A stretch of DNA of 64,000 nt from Yuukianura sp. NJ FZ-2021 (taxonomy: Eukaryota), in NCBI GenBank assembly GCA_046563655.1, contig CM102286.1:14508001-14572000 (forward strand), read 5' to 3'. Shown here one piece after another: positions 13,430 to 26,716 of the stretch (positions are counted from its first letter, which is position 1; every line of letters starts with the position of its first letter). The notes beneath the pieces were generated by a model. That model had not been told where the DNA came from. It worked only from the letters and a program-made list of their open reading frames with translations, and ran no database searches. The position numbers and the translations under genes are program-made.

Positions 13430-15449
13430 AATAGTGAACAAAAACCAAGTCAATTCCTCAAAATCCAAACAAAAATCGTCATCGTCGTCATCTTTCTCTC
13501 CTCCCCATCAAAATCAAAAAAAAATCCGCTTTGTGTCAAGTTTGATGATGGTAGAACCCCAGGCACATTTAAACATGTTTTGAAGAAGGAAGTCTCTTTT
13601 TCGCAACAGAGAAGTCAAAAATATGTAGAAAAAAGAGAAGAAGAAAAACGGAAAAGGAGACACACGTAAGGCTACAACAACACAATTTTCAAAAACAAAA
13701 AAAAAATCCCAAAATTAGCACGAATTTTATCCTTAAAATGATGGATTTGAATTTAAATTGAAGTTCAAGGGAGGAAAAGGGAGAAAAACACACAAAAATA
13801 AACATAAAAAGAGTAAAAAAAATTAATAAGCAAGAAGATGAAAATCATTGTTAAAAAATCTACCTCTCTCTCTTGCTCTCGGAAAAAATGCAAATGAACT
13901 TTGAAAAGCATTGTGGATTAAAAGTTCAATTGTTTGAATTTCTTACGTTAACGTTTTAGCAAAAATTCGAATTTCGAATTCGAAAATTCGAGTTGGTTTT
14001 CGAAATATGACTAGAAAGGCAGGATAGATTTTTGTACTAGCTGAAACAGTGCCGACTCATTTGTCTAACGCTGCTACTCCAGCCATTCTTCAAAAATCCC
14101 CGTGTAAACTCACCTCACTTTTCAAAAACACGAAAATTTCTTGTAAAAAATTTCAAATTTTTGAAATTTTTTGGAAGAAATGAGAGGTGAGCTTGACTGT
14201 GTTTGTAATACCAGGTTTAAACATCAATTTTTAAGAAAAACTGTTACAAAATTGAATTTTTGTCACTTTAACTGTTTAGATTAATTTGAGAGACAAGTTG
14301 TGTAGGGATTCACGTGACCCCCTTGACCTTTGACCTCCCCACGTTTAATTGTTTTATTTTAAGGAAATTGTATGACTCGAGTCCCCTCCCCTGTCAAAAG
14401 CCTTGTGTTTGGTCTGTTTTGGTTTGTTTTTACGCTCCACTACTAATTACAAGTCTAGTGATACAAACTTATCAAATTATCTTACAACACAAAAGCTAAA
14501 ACAGGAACAGTTTTTAAATAAAAACTAAGAAAACGTTAAGAAAAATGATTTTTTTTTCAATTTTTTATTCGAAAGTATATTTTTTTTGTACTGCACCAAA
14601 AAAAAAGTGTTGCAGTGGATTATGCTGGAACCCTTCCAGGCACTGGAATAATTTTTACATTTATTTTGATATATTCTTCCCAGAAAAAGAAAAAAAATCG
14701 AAAAAACTGAAAATATTTTTTCCGTTTTTTCTAGTTTTTGTGGCATTTTTTTTCATTCTTTTGAGTGTAGAGAGGAGATGAGCCAAGAAATAGCGTCCCG
14801 AGGGATGGGATTAATTGGAAAGAAGTGGAAGTATCTAGGGTACTGGAATCGATAAATTTAAATGAGTGTGTGTTCAAAAGGGCATTCGGACAAAAGATAC
14901 TGCCGGATACTTCTGGAAGTTGTGGAGGATGCCCTTTTGAATACTATTGTGAATAGTGGATTCAGTTAGTGAAACCACTAATGGAACACGGGGCTGGAAA
15001 TTTTGGGATTTTCTGAAAATATCGCTGCTTTGGGAAAGTTGGTTTTTGTGGAATTGAAAGAGAAAGTGTCTATAGAGTGCATTCAGCCAACCAAAAAATT
15101 TTTGGTTTACTGATTTCCTCTTTTCATCCTAGGAATCAGAGCTGTAATAAATATTTTTCCGAATTTCATAGGTCGAATTTTTCTGCTTAAAAAAATAATT
15201 CCTCGAATCACTTTTTATCAATAAAACTATATAGCATTATAATGAATTCAGGTAACTTACATACAGTAGTTACAGAGTAATTGCATATCTTTATGACAAT
15301 TTTTTTCAGCATTTTTTAGTATTTCAATGTTATTCTTTTTTGTTACTCCGCAAATTATTCTAAAAATAGATCGCATTCCGTGAATGACAAGCGTGTCGAA
15401 TAGTAATTACTAACTAATGGCAATTACCTATATTTAAAATTGCTAAGTA

Positions 15450-15571
15450 CAGGGTGTTCCACTTGGAACATTGTTTACCCGTCATTTCATTTTTTGAAAA
15501 ATTACATGCCATATCTCCATATACCCAAGAAATATTGACCAAAATAGCGCAGTTCCAACTGGAACACAGTG
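15450..15571. mobile_element. Tc1/mariner-type MITE (122 bp), intergenic
   Basis: Imperfect TIRs CAGGGTGTTCCACTTGGAAC / GTTCCAACTGGAACACAGTG, flanked by TA. Confidence 0.7.
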
Positions 15572-16373
15572 TATTGTGTAATTGTGCTGGCAATTAACAG
15601 AGTATAAATTATACTGGATGGATATGCCATAAAAGTCGTGTTTTATTATTATTTGTAGGTATTATTTTTGAACTTTTGAGTTTAAATACATATGGCTAGT
15701 CTGATTATTGACTTTTTACATGGAGTACTATTTGAATGGAGGGAGTTTATAAGTGTTTCTACTTGTGTGGCCCCACTACGGGATTCACTTGTTTCATAAT
15801 CCTCCAGAACAATTGCACTTGTTCCTCAGTCAGCACATCCCCCCTCCGTTGGCTTAGGCCACAAGATCATCAGATCATAGCCCAAGTGGAGCTGATACGG
15901 TCTTAAAGTCTATGAATAGTACCGTGGAGGCACACTTAACGTAACGGAGGATCGTACAGAGTATATCGTCCAACAACTTCCCAGGATCACTTCACTACTC
16001 GACTGCTCTCATAGTACTACTCAAAGGTTGGCACAAATAACGAGATTCCCACTCCACCGAACCGACTCGACTCCACAACTTCGTAAGCAAACCCAAAAAC
16101 CACTCTAGTCGCTCGCTCGCTTCGAGTCAGTCGTTCTTCAGAACAGGTTGAGCTCGCTACCGTCAACATCTTACCCAATACTTGTAGTACTCGTCAAACT
16201 GGTGTCTTCTTCTTTTTAGATAGACAGGACACGGGGAATCAACAAGAAGACGAGTTGCTCCTGGGACATCATAAATTTTATAGATCAACTTTCATTGTAA
16301 TGTGAATTACAGTGTTGATTGTGTCCTTCGGACTCTAGTCAGTCATTTATCCAGCAACACTTCCAGGATCAAC

Positions 16374-19300
16374 ATGGCCGGAGCAAAGCCTGGTGTTCAT
16401 ATTGTCCAGCTCAAGAGAGTGAGTGTGCCGCAGTTTATGATCCAGGGCCAGAAGTTTGTCAAATGGGATGAGGTAAATTGACAGTAGATTAATCAAACTC
16501 CAAGTCATAAATACTGTTGCTACTAACGAATGGTTGACGTTTTGTATAGGACTCGGGCGTAGGTCACCCCGTCACACTCAAAGTGGACATGAATGGATAC
16601 TACCTCTTTTGGGAAAATCAAAATAAAGTGAGTGTCTGTCACTTTCGGGGTCATTAGGTACGATAAATCGATGTTAACGTAATGCTCATTACTCTTTTGT
16701 TGACAGGAGGTGGATCTACTGGATATTGCAACAATTCGTGATACTAGGGCTGGAAAAGGTGCTAGAGTTCCCAAGGATCCAAAACTGAGACAACTCGTTA
16801 TGATTGGACCGCAAGATACGCTGGAAGAGAAAACGCTAACGATCGTTTCTGGTCCGGACTTTACAAATTTGGCCTATATTAATTTCTGCTCCAGCAACAA
16901 AGAAATTGCGAAGGTCAGTTTCCTGTTCTTTGTATTCTATTTTTAGAGATTTCTTGTGTAAAACCCCCGTCACTCGGAATGTTTCTTTTTTGTATGTTAT
17001 CAGATGTGGGCCGAAGAACTTCTGGCAATAGCCACCAATTTGTTGCAGCTCAACGGTCCCATTATGTCATTTCTAAGCAAAATCCATACGAGACTGAGTA
17101 TTCTTACGGACAAGTCAGGAAACATTCCGCTCAAAACAATACTAAAAACGTTTGCACAGAACAAAGAGGATCGGAAAAAAGTGGAGAAAGCACTGGATGT
17201 CACTGGACTGCCCTCTACCAAGGTCAGTTTCTCCCAAAATCACAATCATTCCGTTTTCTCCCGGTTTATCTAATTACAGTTTTCACTCTCAATTGGTAGA
17301 TTTTATGGGTGGTTCTACCACTATACTACCAAGCGTATCTTTCACTTTGGCCCATTCAAACTTTTACGCCAAAGTTTTATGAGTTGGAAATTAGAAGTTA
17401 TAGTACGACCATATAAAATTTTGCATAGTTCCGTGAGAACCGTTTTTGATGACTGCCTAGAAATGAATTTCGAAGTGTTTTTAAGTACTTTTTTAAACTA
17501 GAGGTGAGTCTATTCTACTTCATAAAGTTGCGTTAACGTTCGTATCAAAAGTAAGTAGTTTGAGGATTTACTACAGTTTTTGTGTCCCCCCAGAGTTTAG
17601 TATTTTGCTAAATTGAAGAATTCAAGTGTACAGAAAAACCTCTCTTATTGCAACTTTTTTTTTCTCGGTGGGAGTTTTCCAGTACGCATTTTCTGCGAGA
17701 CAGAGAGTACTGTTCTGTATTCTGTATTTGAGTGCGTTGCTAAAAGAGAGGCTCTTCTGTATCTAAATTCTTTTCCTTGGTCGTGGACAGTTAAGTGGAA
17801 TTAAGTAGTATTAAATGAAGCTGCATCATGTGTATATACGCTGCGATAGCCCAGTCATGCTAAACTCATCTCAAGGTTTCCGTTTTCGTACTTAAGAGAC
17901 GCTTGTTGTTAGCAATTAAAGTGGCCGAATGTCATTGAAGAATCATGACCACTTTATCCTTGGGTTCTAATTATTTCTTTGACTTTTACAGACCGAGTCA
18001 GTAAATCCAGGGAAGTTTGGGTTTGAAGACTTTTTTACGTTCTACAAGAACCTGACAGGACGGCCCGAAGTGGAGAAAGTGTTTGATGACTTTTCAGGTT
18101 TCAATAAAAAGAAACTGATGACTGGAGAGCAATTCATGGAGTTCATCAATAAGGAGCAAAGGGACCCTAGACTCAATGAAATCCTGTACCCTTACACCAC
18201 TCCCGAGAGAGCCAGAGCCCTTATTGACATTTATGAACCCAATTCATTCAATGCTGGAAGAGGACTCCTGTCCCTCGATGGATTTCTACGTTACATGCTG
18301 TCGGAAGACAACCTGGTTGTGTCAATGGAGCAATATGACCTGTCTGATGACATGACACATCCCCTCAGTCACTATTTTATCAACTCTTCACACAATACGT
18401 ACCTCACAGGTCAGTCAAAAATAAAAATTGTGAATTTTGGGGTACTTTTACAGTAAAACCTCTCATTGCGAAACTTTTAACTCCGCCTTTGCTAGCAGAA
18501 GAGGGATGCTGTAAAACTTTAATTTTTGGAGAAAGGATTCTTACTTCTTTTTTTATACTATGCACATGCACAATTGTGATTTAATTTTTTAGGTTAGGTT
18601 TACTTTTTTTTTAATTGACTTTTTAATTTGATTTTAGGACATCAGCTGACCGGGAAAAGTTCAGTTGAAATGTACCGCCAAAGTCTGTTGTCAGGATGTC
18701 GTTGTGTGGAATTAGATTTTTGGAATGGGCGTAACGAGGAACCCATAATTCTACATGGATACACTCTCGTTCCAGAAATTCCAGCAAAAGTGAGTTACCA
18801 AAATTCAATTCTTTTTTGATTAAAAAGTGATGTAATATGTCAAAGAAAACTTTGTTACACGTAATTGAACTATTGATTTCCATTTACGTTTTTATCATTA
18901 GGACGTATTTGAGGCAATAGCCGAATGTGCATTCAAGACGTCGGACTTTCCTGTGATCCTTTCCTTTGAAAACCATTGCAATACAAAACAGCAAGCAAAA
19001 ATCGCACAATACTGCCATGAGTACTTTGGATCGATGCTTCTAGAGGCTCCTTTGGAAAATTACCCTGTAAGCATCTCATGATTCCCAGTTTTTAGAAAAC
19101 TTTTTCTAAAACAACAAGTTTTTGAAAAGAAATTGATCTTGGACATTTTTTTTTTGTAAAGTTGGAACCAGGAGTAGAGCTACCTCCGCCTTCAGCACTC
19201 AAACGTCGAATCATAATTAAGAACAAGAAAAAGCACCACCATCACCACCATAAACCGAAGCCCACCAAGAAGTTAAGTAAAGCCGCTCTTCCAGAAAATG

Positions 19301-22300
19301 GCGACTCACCCACCCTGATGCTGCTGACGGCCAAAGACGACTCGAAAGACAGCAATGTTGTTGAGACAGACCCTGGTATAACATGCAAGTTAATTGATTA
19401 GCTTAAATTTAGTCGATTAATGCAAGTTTGTTAACTTTTTAGTTGCTGAAGATGACATGAGCTCAAGTTCAGAAGATGAGGATGATAGCACAGAGCCAGA
19501 TGATCTGAAAAACTTGGACAAATCGCAGACGGACAAAGGAACGGCTGGAAAGGAATCTGAAGCTGGAGCAGAAATCTCGGCTCTCGTCAATTATGTTCAG
19601 CCTGTCCATTTCTATTCATTTGAACATGCACACCGTAAGACCAATTTTTAAAAAAATGAAATGAACTTTTTTGAAATTTTGATTTTTTTTTCAGATCGGA
19701 ACAAGAATTACGAAATGTCTTCATTTGATGAACGGCAGGCTATGACTTTACTGAAAGAGCGACCCGTGGAATTTGTGAACTACAACAAGTTTCAGTTGAC
19801 CCGCGTTTACCCCAAGGGGACTCGAGTGGATTCAACGAACTTTATGCCTCAACTTTTCTGGAATGCTGGATGTCAGCTAGTGGCTCTCAACTACCAAACA
19901 CTAGGTAACACCAAGGTTGCTATAGCAACAAATCTACAAGTAATCTACAACAGGTTGTCCAATAACTCAGGGTTTCCAAAATTTTTACTTCAAACTAATT
20001 TCTGCACCAATCCCATTTACATTACATTCAAAAAATTACCATAGAAGCAGAAAGCCAGATTTCCTACTTTCAAACAAAGTTTAAAACTTAGATTTACTGG
20101 ACAACCTGGTGTAGAAATACTTTTTTTTAACGAACTTTGGGTAACACGTTTTTAATGTTTTGATTTCATTTTGACTCAATTTGTGTTTTTATGTTGTTGA
20201 TGTTAAGGATGAAACGGGAGTGTTACTAAGGTTGACTTTGAGAATGCATTCCTGTCGCGTCAAATTGACTGACATGGACATGGAATAGGCGTCAAGGGTG
20301 CCACTTTTTAGTTCTAAAATGCAAAGATGATTGGCAGCTAGGGAGAAATAGTTGAATGATTGAAGCGGCAGATTACAATTTTAGGCAGAATTTCGCTATT
20401 TAGTTTCTTTTGGCAGAGGAACAAACTAAATTAGTTGTTAGTGCCGTGCCTGCCATTACGTTTGCATTTGAATTGGTTCGTAATTTATTAATTTCAATTT
20501 GGACGGAGTGGTTCCGGGTTTTTGAATTTTGGCAAAAGATTGAATGATAAAAGAACAAAAGAGCGAAGATTCTAATCTTTAGCTTTTGGGAGTGACTGCG
20601 TGTGAAAGCTCTCAAAACAAACACAACTTGACATGTTTACTTTTTAGCTAACAAATGGCCTAGCTTAGTTGGCTTGCTTTTAACTTAGAATGTAAAGAGT
20701 TGGTGGAAATTACGAACTTAATTATACAATTTAGATTTTTTTTCCTATGGTAGTTAACTTTAGTTTTTTACCAGAATGGTTTTAATTCTTACTGGGCCTT
20801 CGCCCCAGACACGGTAAATGACTCAGACCCACTAAAATGTCAGAAAATCTGACATTTCAAATCCAACTCTGGAAATTTCTGCCCCAAGAGCTACTGCCGC
20901 CTCGGCCTTACACCAAAATGTTGCCACGAATGGTGGGATCACGGTTTGGTGGGTTTCATTGGGGCGTTCATGTGAAATTCAAAAATAGAACCACTTGAAG
21001 TTGAAATTCACGAATTTTTCAAAAATTTCAAATTACAATTTTGGGAGGTCTTTCTCAAGGACTAAAAAAAAATTAAACAAGCAAATTGGTTACTGCTGTT
21101 GCGGACTTACATTCTCATTAGTATTAGAAGATTTTGTCTTATTTTTTAGATTTGGCAATGCAATTGAACATTGGAATCTTTGAGCAGAACAAAAGATGTG
21201 GGTTTTTACTAAAACCTGAGTTTATGAGAAGAAAAGATCGGAAGTTTGATCCGTTTGCAGAGAATACTGTCGATGGAATCATTGCTGGTGCTGTTCATGT
21301 CAAGGTTAGTTTTTATGCTGTGAAGGTTAGGTGCCTAACCTAAACATTTTTTTATGTTTACATAATGACTGCCGAAATGGCTAAAGAAGTCGTTAAACCG
21401 TTATCAAACACATTCCAGATTTACTCTTGACACGATTTGGACATTTGTGAACACGAAAACAACGAATTTGAACTTTCTACTGCTTTTGGTAATTTGAGTT
21501 TAATTTTTCCTGAAATTTTTAGATAATTTCCGGTCAGTTTCTAACGGAGAAACGAGTTGGAACTTACACGGAAGTGGAAATGTATGGCCTCCCTACGGAC
21601 ACTGTTCGAAAGAAGTTTCGGACTAAAATTATTCCTCTCAATGGGATCAATCCACTCTACGATGAAGATCCATTTGTTTTCAAGAAAGTCGTACTTCCAG
21701 ACCTTGCTTGCATCCGATTGGCTGCCTATGAAGATTCTGGCAAGATGATTGGTCACAGAGTACTGCCAGTAGTTGGCCTTCGACCGGGATACCGTCATGT
21801 TCTTCTTAGAACGGAATCTGGACAACCCACTACAGCCTCACTCTTTATCCACCTTGTCGTTCGAGATTATGTTCCGGATGGCCTCTCTGATCTCGCTGAA
21901 GGTACAAGAACTTAACTTAATTTTTAGTTTTTTGGGATATTTTTTGTGGTAAAAATTTTTATTTTATACGAAGTTAATTTATACGAGAATTCCAAACATT
22001 CTCGCTGGGGCTACGCCCAAGACCCAGAATTCAATCATCAGAATCACAATTTCACAATAATACATTTTTTTTAATTCTGTCAATTTTCGAAAATCGGCGA
22101 ATCCTGTACATAAAATTTGTCTCTATTGCGACGGATAACCCAAAACATCACCTTTATAGACAGACAGACAAACCTCACATTTTTTAGTATTATAAACAGG
22201 GTTGTCAAAAATATTTAGTTCCATTGCCGTAATCTTAACAAAAAAATAGTTGCCGGGTTTTTGTTACTAAATATTTATTGATTTGCCCATGACCTTAATG

Positions 22301-23769
22301 TTAAATAAATAAATATTTGGCCGATTTTTTAAATTTTTTTTTGTCCATATTTCGGGTTTTTAGCATATATTTTGTCATCCCTGATTATAATAGATATTTT
22401 TTTGTTTTAGCTTTGGCGAATCCTATCAAATACCAAAGCGAACAGGAAAAACGAGAGAAGCAGCTCACAATTCTGCAAGACGATTCGATGATGGACGATT
22501 CTTCGGCAAATGAAGACAGTGTTGGACAGGAGCCAGGAGTGGAACTGACACCAGTTCAAAAAATTATCCGAAATCCTTCGGTGATGAAACGCGTTGGACC
22601 AGAATCTGCTTCTCCTGTGAGTTGCTCACCGCCTGGAGCTGCTCCATACCTTCCGCCTGGAAAGTCAGATTCTTTTGATGAACGTCAAAGGCTGGGTGGA
22701 GGGATTGTGGGTAATACGCCAGCGGGTGCTGGATCTGGTGCTGGAAGTTTTGCAATGGAATCGGCCTATATCAACACGGCGGCATCAGACATTCAACCGG
22801 AACCGCTGGAAAAGTTTTGGGACTTGAAAGTGATACGTGACAAGAGATCAGAGCTGGATAAGAAACTGGAGGCTCTGAGAAAGAAGCATGAGAAGGACAG
22901 AAAAGCCGCAAAACCACCCAAGAAAAGTCATCAGAAACTAGTCAAACGAATTTCATCTAAGAATTTGTGAGTTTTTAGTTTTAGTTTTAACTTTTAACTT
23001 CAAATTAACGAAACTTGTGTTTCTATTTTTAGAGAAGTAACGATGATGGCAAAGGAGAGCATAGTTAGCCACAGTCTTCACTTTGAGCATCTTCTAATTG
23101 AGAAGGATGCGCTGGAGCGAGGATACGAAGAGGTAACTTGATAGTTCAATGGTTAAAGCTCTTCCCGAATTGAAGAGACGTGGGTTCGAGTCCCACTCGG
23201 TTTTTTTTCTTTTATACATGGTGTCTCTCAAGCAATAAACCTCACCATGCTTTTTTTCTTATCAACGTAGGTGTTCAATGCATTAGAAAAGTCAATACGC
23301 ACAGCTCAGACTCACCAAATAAAGTATCTGCAAGCACTAGAGGACAAAGATAAGCAAGAAGTGATGAAGAAGATTTCCAATCGTCGTAAAGATGAATTTC
23401 GAAAGTTGTCTAAGAAAACGAAAGAGAAGAACGAGCTGGATCGACTCAAGAGAGAAGTGACGAACAGTCTTGTGGAGTTGGGCGTGACCGAGAGGGAGAA
23501 GATGGACAAAATCTATCAAAAGTTCCGCCTTAACCTTGAACTGTCTCATCAAGAAATTCTTAAAAAGTTTTCAGAAAAGAAATACAAGGTAAGCTTTTTT
23601 GAAAAATGTGTGAAATGTAGCTTTTTCTTTGAAAGAATGTGAAATGTAACTTTTTTGAATGTTTTAGACCTATGCGGAAGTAGAAGAGGATTTCCGAACA
23701 AGGCTCAAGAGTCTGAGCATGGAAGACGATGAGAAGCATTCCTGTCATCCACATTCCACTTCCATGTGA
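16374..23769 (+). CDS. Plc21C: Phosphoinositide phospholipase C-beta (Plc21C type), multi-exon
   Basis: [15 protein letters not shown]-terminus; PH/EF regions; X box ([35 protein letters not shown]); poly-His linker; Y box ([23 protein letters not shown]); C2 domain; coiled-coil tail; TGA 23767-23769. Confidence 0.95.
18451..18511. mobile_element. Truncated copy of the 12514 MITE family in a PLC intron
   Basis: TA-CAGTAAAACCTCTCATTGCGAAACTTTTAACTCCGC matches the left end of 12514; the right TIR is degenerate. Confidence 0.7.
19948..20111. mobile_element. TA-flanked MITE (~164 bp) in a PLC intron
   Basis: Inverted repeats CAACAGGTTGTCCAATAA / TTACTGGACAACCTGGTG with TA at 19946-47 and 20112-13. 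Confidence 0.65.
22197..22383. mobile_element. hAT-type MITE, copy 1 (PLC intron)
   Basis: Termini CAGGGTTGTCAAAAATAT...TTTTGTCATCCCTG; 8-bp TSD ATTATAAA/ATTATAAT; full-length inverted homologue at 58716-58900. Confidence 0.8.
23133..23251 (+). mobile_element. tRNA-derived SINE-like element, copy 2 (fills most of PLC intron 23133-23270)
   Basis: GTAACTTGATAGTTCAATGGTTAAAGCTCTTCCCGAATTGAAGAGACGTGGGTTCGAGTCCCACTCGGT plus T-run and TGTCTCTCAAG..AACCTCA tail; homologous to 161-299. Confidence 0.75.
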
Positions 23770-25470
23770 TGACCTTTGACCTCGTTCAGAGCAGAGCGCC
23801 TAGTTTTGTCCCTCGACAGTCGGCCTAACTTAGCAATATTTTCGACCTACACAAAAGTGAAGAAGATCTGGAAAAAACAAACTTTCGGAATTCAACCTTC
23901 TTCCTTGCACTTCTTCTCGTCTTCTCATCCATTTTTTAAACTTTCCCTTTCCTCAAGAACAACAATTCAGAATCGTTATAAGCTTTACAAGGTCCGTAAA
24001 ATTTAAGTTTAGCTCAGGTTTAATGTTTTTCAAGCTTTTCAAATTTTTTGTGTCACAAATTCTGGATTTTTAAAACTACGCGCCTTAGGTGCGTCAGTCT
24101 TCCGCAAAGTCAGCTTATTTTCTCACGATACTGTTGTGTTGTAATTGATTCCTTCCTATATTAATTAGTTGCTACTTTAATTTTAGTTTTTGTTATGTAC
24201 GAATTTGTGCTAAATTTCTAATTGCTCAGTGTCAGTTGCCATATTATGTCGTCCCGAAAAATCCTGTAAGTTAAATTGGATGTTTAGACTTATAGAATTT
24301 AGGTTTTTGAGTTGTGAATTCTAGATTTGTGTCCTTCCAAAAGTAATTGTGATTAGTGACCTTTGACCTGGGGTAGACCAGGGTTAAAAAGTTAGAGTTA
24401 ACTATAGATACTATTTATTCCCGGTTTTTGTCTAAACTTAGTTTTAATTTAAATGTAGAGATTATTAATTAAGTCTAAACTGAATCCAACAGTTGTTGTG
24501 GAGGCAGTGCCTGAAGGGAAATTGAACTGGAATGTTTCGCTTTTTCTAAAAAAGTTGAAGACATTTTGAAAATGTTGGAGAGACTTTTTTGAAAAAGCCT
24601 CTTTCGAAATCCCTATGCTCTATTTCTTCTCTTTCCTCAAGGGCTATACTATTGACTGTGTTAAAAAAAACTGGAACAAACGCTTACCCAAAACCTCAGC
24701 AGATTGAAATTTAAACACTGGAATACGTACAATCACTTTTAGAAATTTAGAAACTGTTAAAAAATTATGCTGGAGAAAATATTCAAAAATTGTACAATTA
24801 AAACAAATCTGTTAGACACATGTAAAACTTTAGTCTTTTCCGCTAGTACTCTTAGATTTGAAGTTTCTGTCAAATTCTGCCAATTTTTTAGTTTTTTCTT
24901 TGCCTGTACTTTTCCTATCTCATGTTAAAATTGTGATGATGCAAATCATGTTAAATTTTGAGAGCTACTGTACTAAAAAGCTCTCAAAATATTTAAAAAC
25001 GACAAGGTGACTCTCCCGCTCCTTTCATGTCAAACGTGGTTCCAATAAAATGGAGTTTAAGGAGGTCAAGGGTCAACAATGTTTTCTTTTCTTCTTCCTG
25101 TTGACAATAAAAGAAAACATGGACAAAAATTCAAAATTTCAAAATTTACCAGAATTTTGACTCTTTTAAGTTACTTAAAAGTAACTTTAAAAAGTAGCTT
25201 ACTAAAGTACCAGAAAATTTGACTTTTTACAACTGGTGTTCAGTTTTACAGTTTTGGGAACTTTTTGTTTAAAAAATCTTTTAAGAGGCGTTAAAAATTA
25301 AGTGATTTTAATTGCAGTAATTAAAATCTAGGTTATCAAGAACAGGAACGAACGCAGAAAAAAATAGATTCTGGATGAATCGGCATAAAACCAGAAATCA
25401 TTAATTGGCATTGGATTTTCCCAAATTTTATAATAGCCTGAATTAAATTTCAAGTAAGTAGAATTTAAAT

Positions 25471-26716
25471 CAGGGTTCGAAGGCTGTAACTTACGTCCTG
25501 TAACTTACGTAACTTACGTACGTAAGTTACGTAATTTTCAGAGGGGTTGTAATTTTCGAAATTTTTATTCTTTTGAATATTACGCGGGAGGGAGACAGCG
25601 TAGGAGTGAGGGGAGCGGGAGAAGTCCAAAATAACAAAAGAGCAGTGATTTAGATGATTATTTTTTCGGTTTTTTCCCGAGCAGACTGCTCGAGAAATAC
25701 CAGGATATTCTTCGAGCAGTCTGCTCGAGAAATACCAGGATATTCTTCGAGCAGTCTGCTCGAGAAATACCAGGATAATTCTCGAGCAGTCTGCTCGAGA
25801 AATACCAGGATATTCTTCGAGCAGTCTGCTCGAGAAATACCAGGATAATTCTCGAGCAGTCTGCTCGAGAAATGCCAGGATAATTCTCGAGCAGTCTGCT
25901 CGAGAAATGCCAGGATAATTCTCGAGCAGTCTGCTCGAGAAATACCAGGATATTCTTCGAGCAGTCTGCTCGAGAAATACCAGGATAATTCTCGAGCAGT
26001 CTGCTCGAGAAATGCCAGGATAATTCTCGAGCAGTCTGCTCGAGAAATACCAGGATATTCTTCGAGCAGTCTGCTCGAGAAATACCAGGATAATTCTCGA
26101 GCAGTCTGCTCGAGAAATACCAGGATATTCTTCGTAGCTTTTCTTTCTGTTGTTTTAACTGGCTGTTATTGAAATGCCACGAGTCAGAGATCCGATTTGG
26201 AACGATTTTGACCTTGAACCAAACCGGGGCAGTAAGATCCCCTGGGCAAATTGTAAGTTGTGTGATTGGAGACATGCAGGAATCCCGGACAGGATGAAAT
26301 CACACTTACAGAAACATCAAAACGTTGGCAAAGACTCCGAATCAATTGGGCCAAGTACGTCATGTTCACTTTAATATTTTCAGAGTCTAATTGTTGAGAG
26401 CGAGCTGTGAGCCTGAGGAAGAGTTAGATGTGATGGCAGTGGAATAATTAGTGTTATGTTTCTCGAACTATTTGTGTTAATTGCGTTAAGTGTGTTAGTT
26501 TAGTCTTAAAAATAAAATAGTAGTAAATATTGTCTACCGCAGTATATTTCTATCAGGCCTTGGTTTGATTTTTAACGCAATTAGATAGTAGATATTAATA
26601 GTTTATGGTTTGGGGATGGGAGTGGGGTGCAGGCGGCTTGTTTTGAAAATTAAAATCTTAGTAGATTACGTAAGTTACGTAGTTTTCGGCAAAAATACCG
26701 TAATTTTCGGACCCTG
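25471..26716 (+). mobile_element. Non-autonomous hAT-like DNA transposon (internal-deletion derivative) with a BED zinc-finger remnant
   Basis: Termini CAGGGTTCGAA / TTCGGACCCTG; TTAAAT repeated at 25465-70 and 26717-22; subterminal GTAACTTAC/TTACGTAA repeats at both ends; ORF 26174-26374 (W..F...CKLC...RMKSHLQKH) is BED-finger-like. Confidence 0.75.
25678..26132. repeat. Minisatellite, 13 copies of a 35-bp palindrome-containing unit
   Basis: Unit CGAGCAGTCTGCTCGAGAAAT(A/G)CCAGGATA(TTCTT/ATTCT); copies start every 35 bp from 25678 to 26098. Confidence 0.97.

Noticed and set aside
25678..26132. CRISPR-like array of palindromic 35-bp repeats
   Set aside because: No unique spacers (units are head-to-tail and near-identical), no cas genes and a eukaryotic context. 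The overlapping 205-aa ORF is a repeat artefact.
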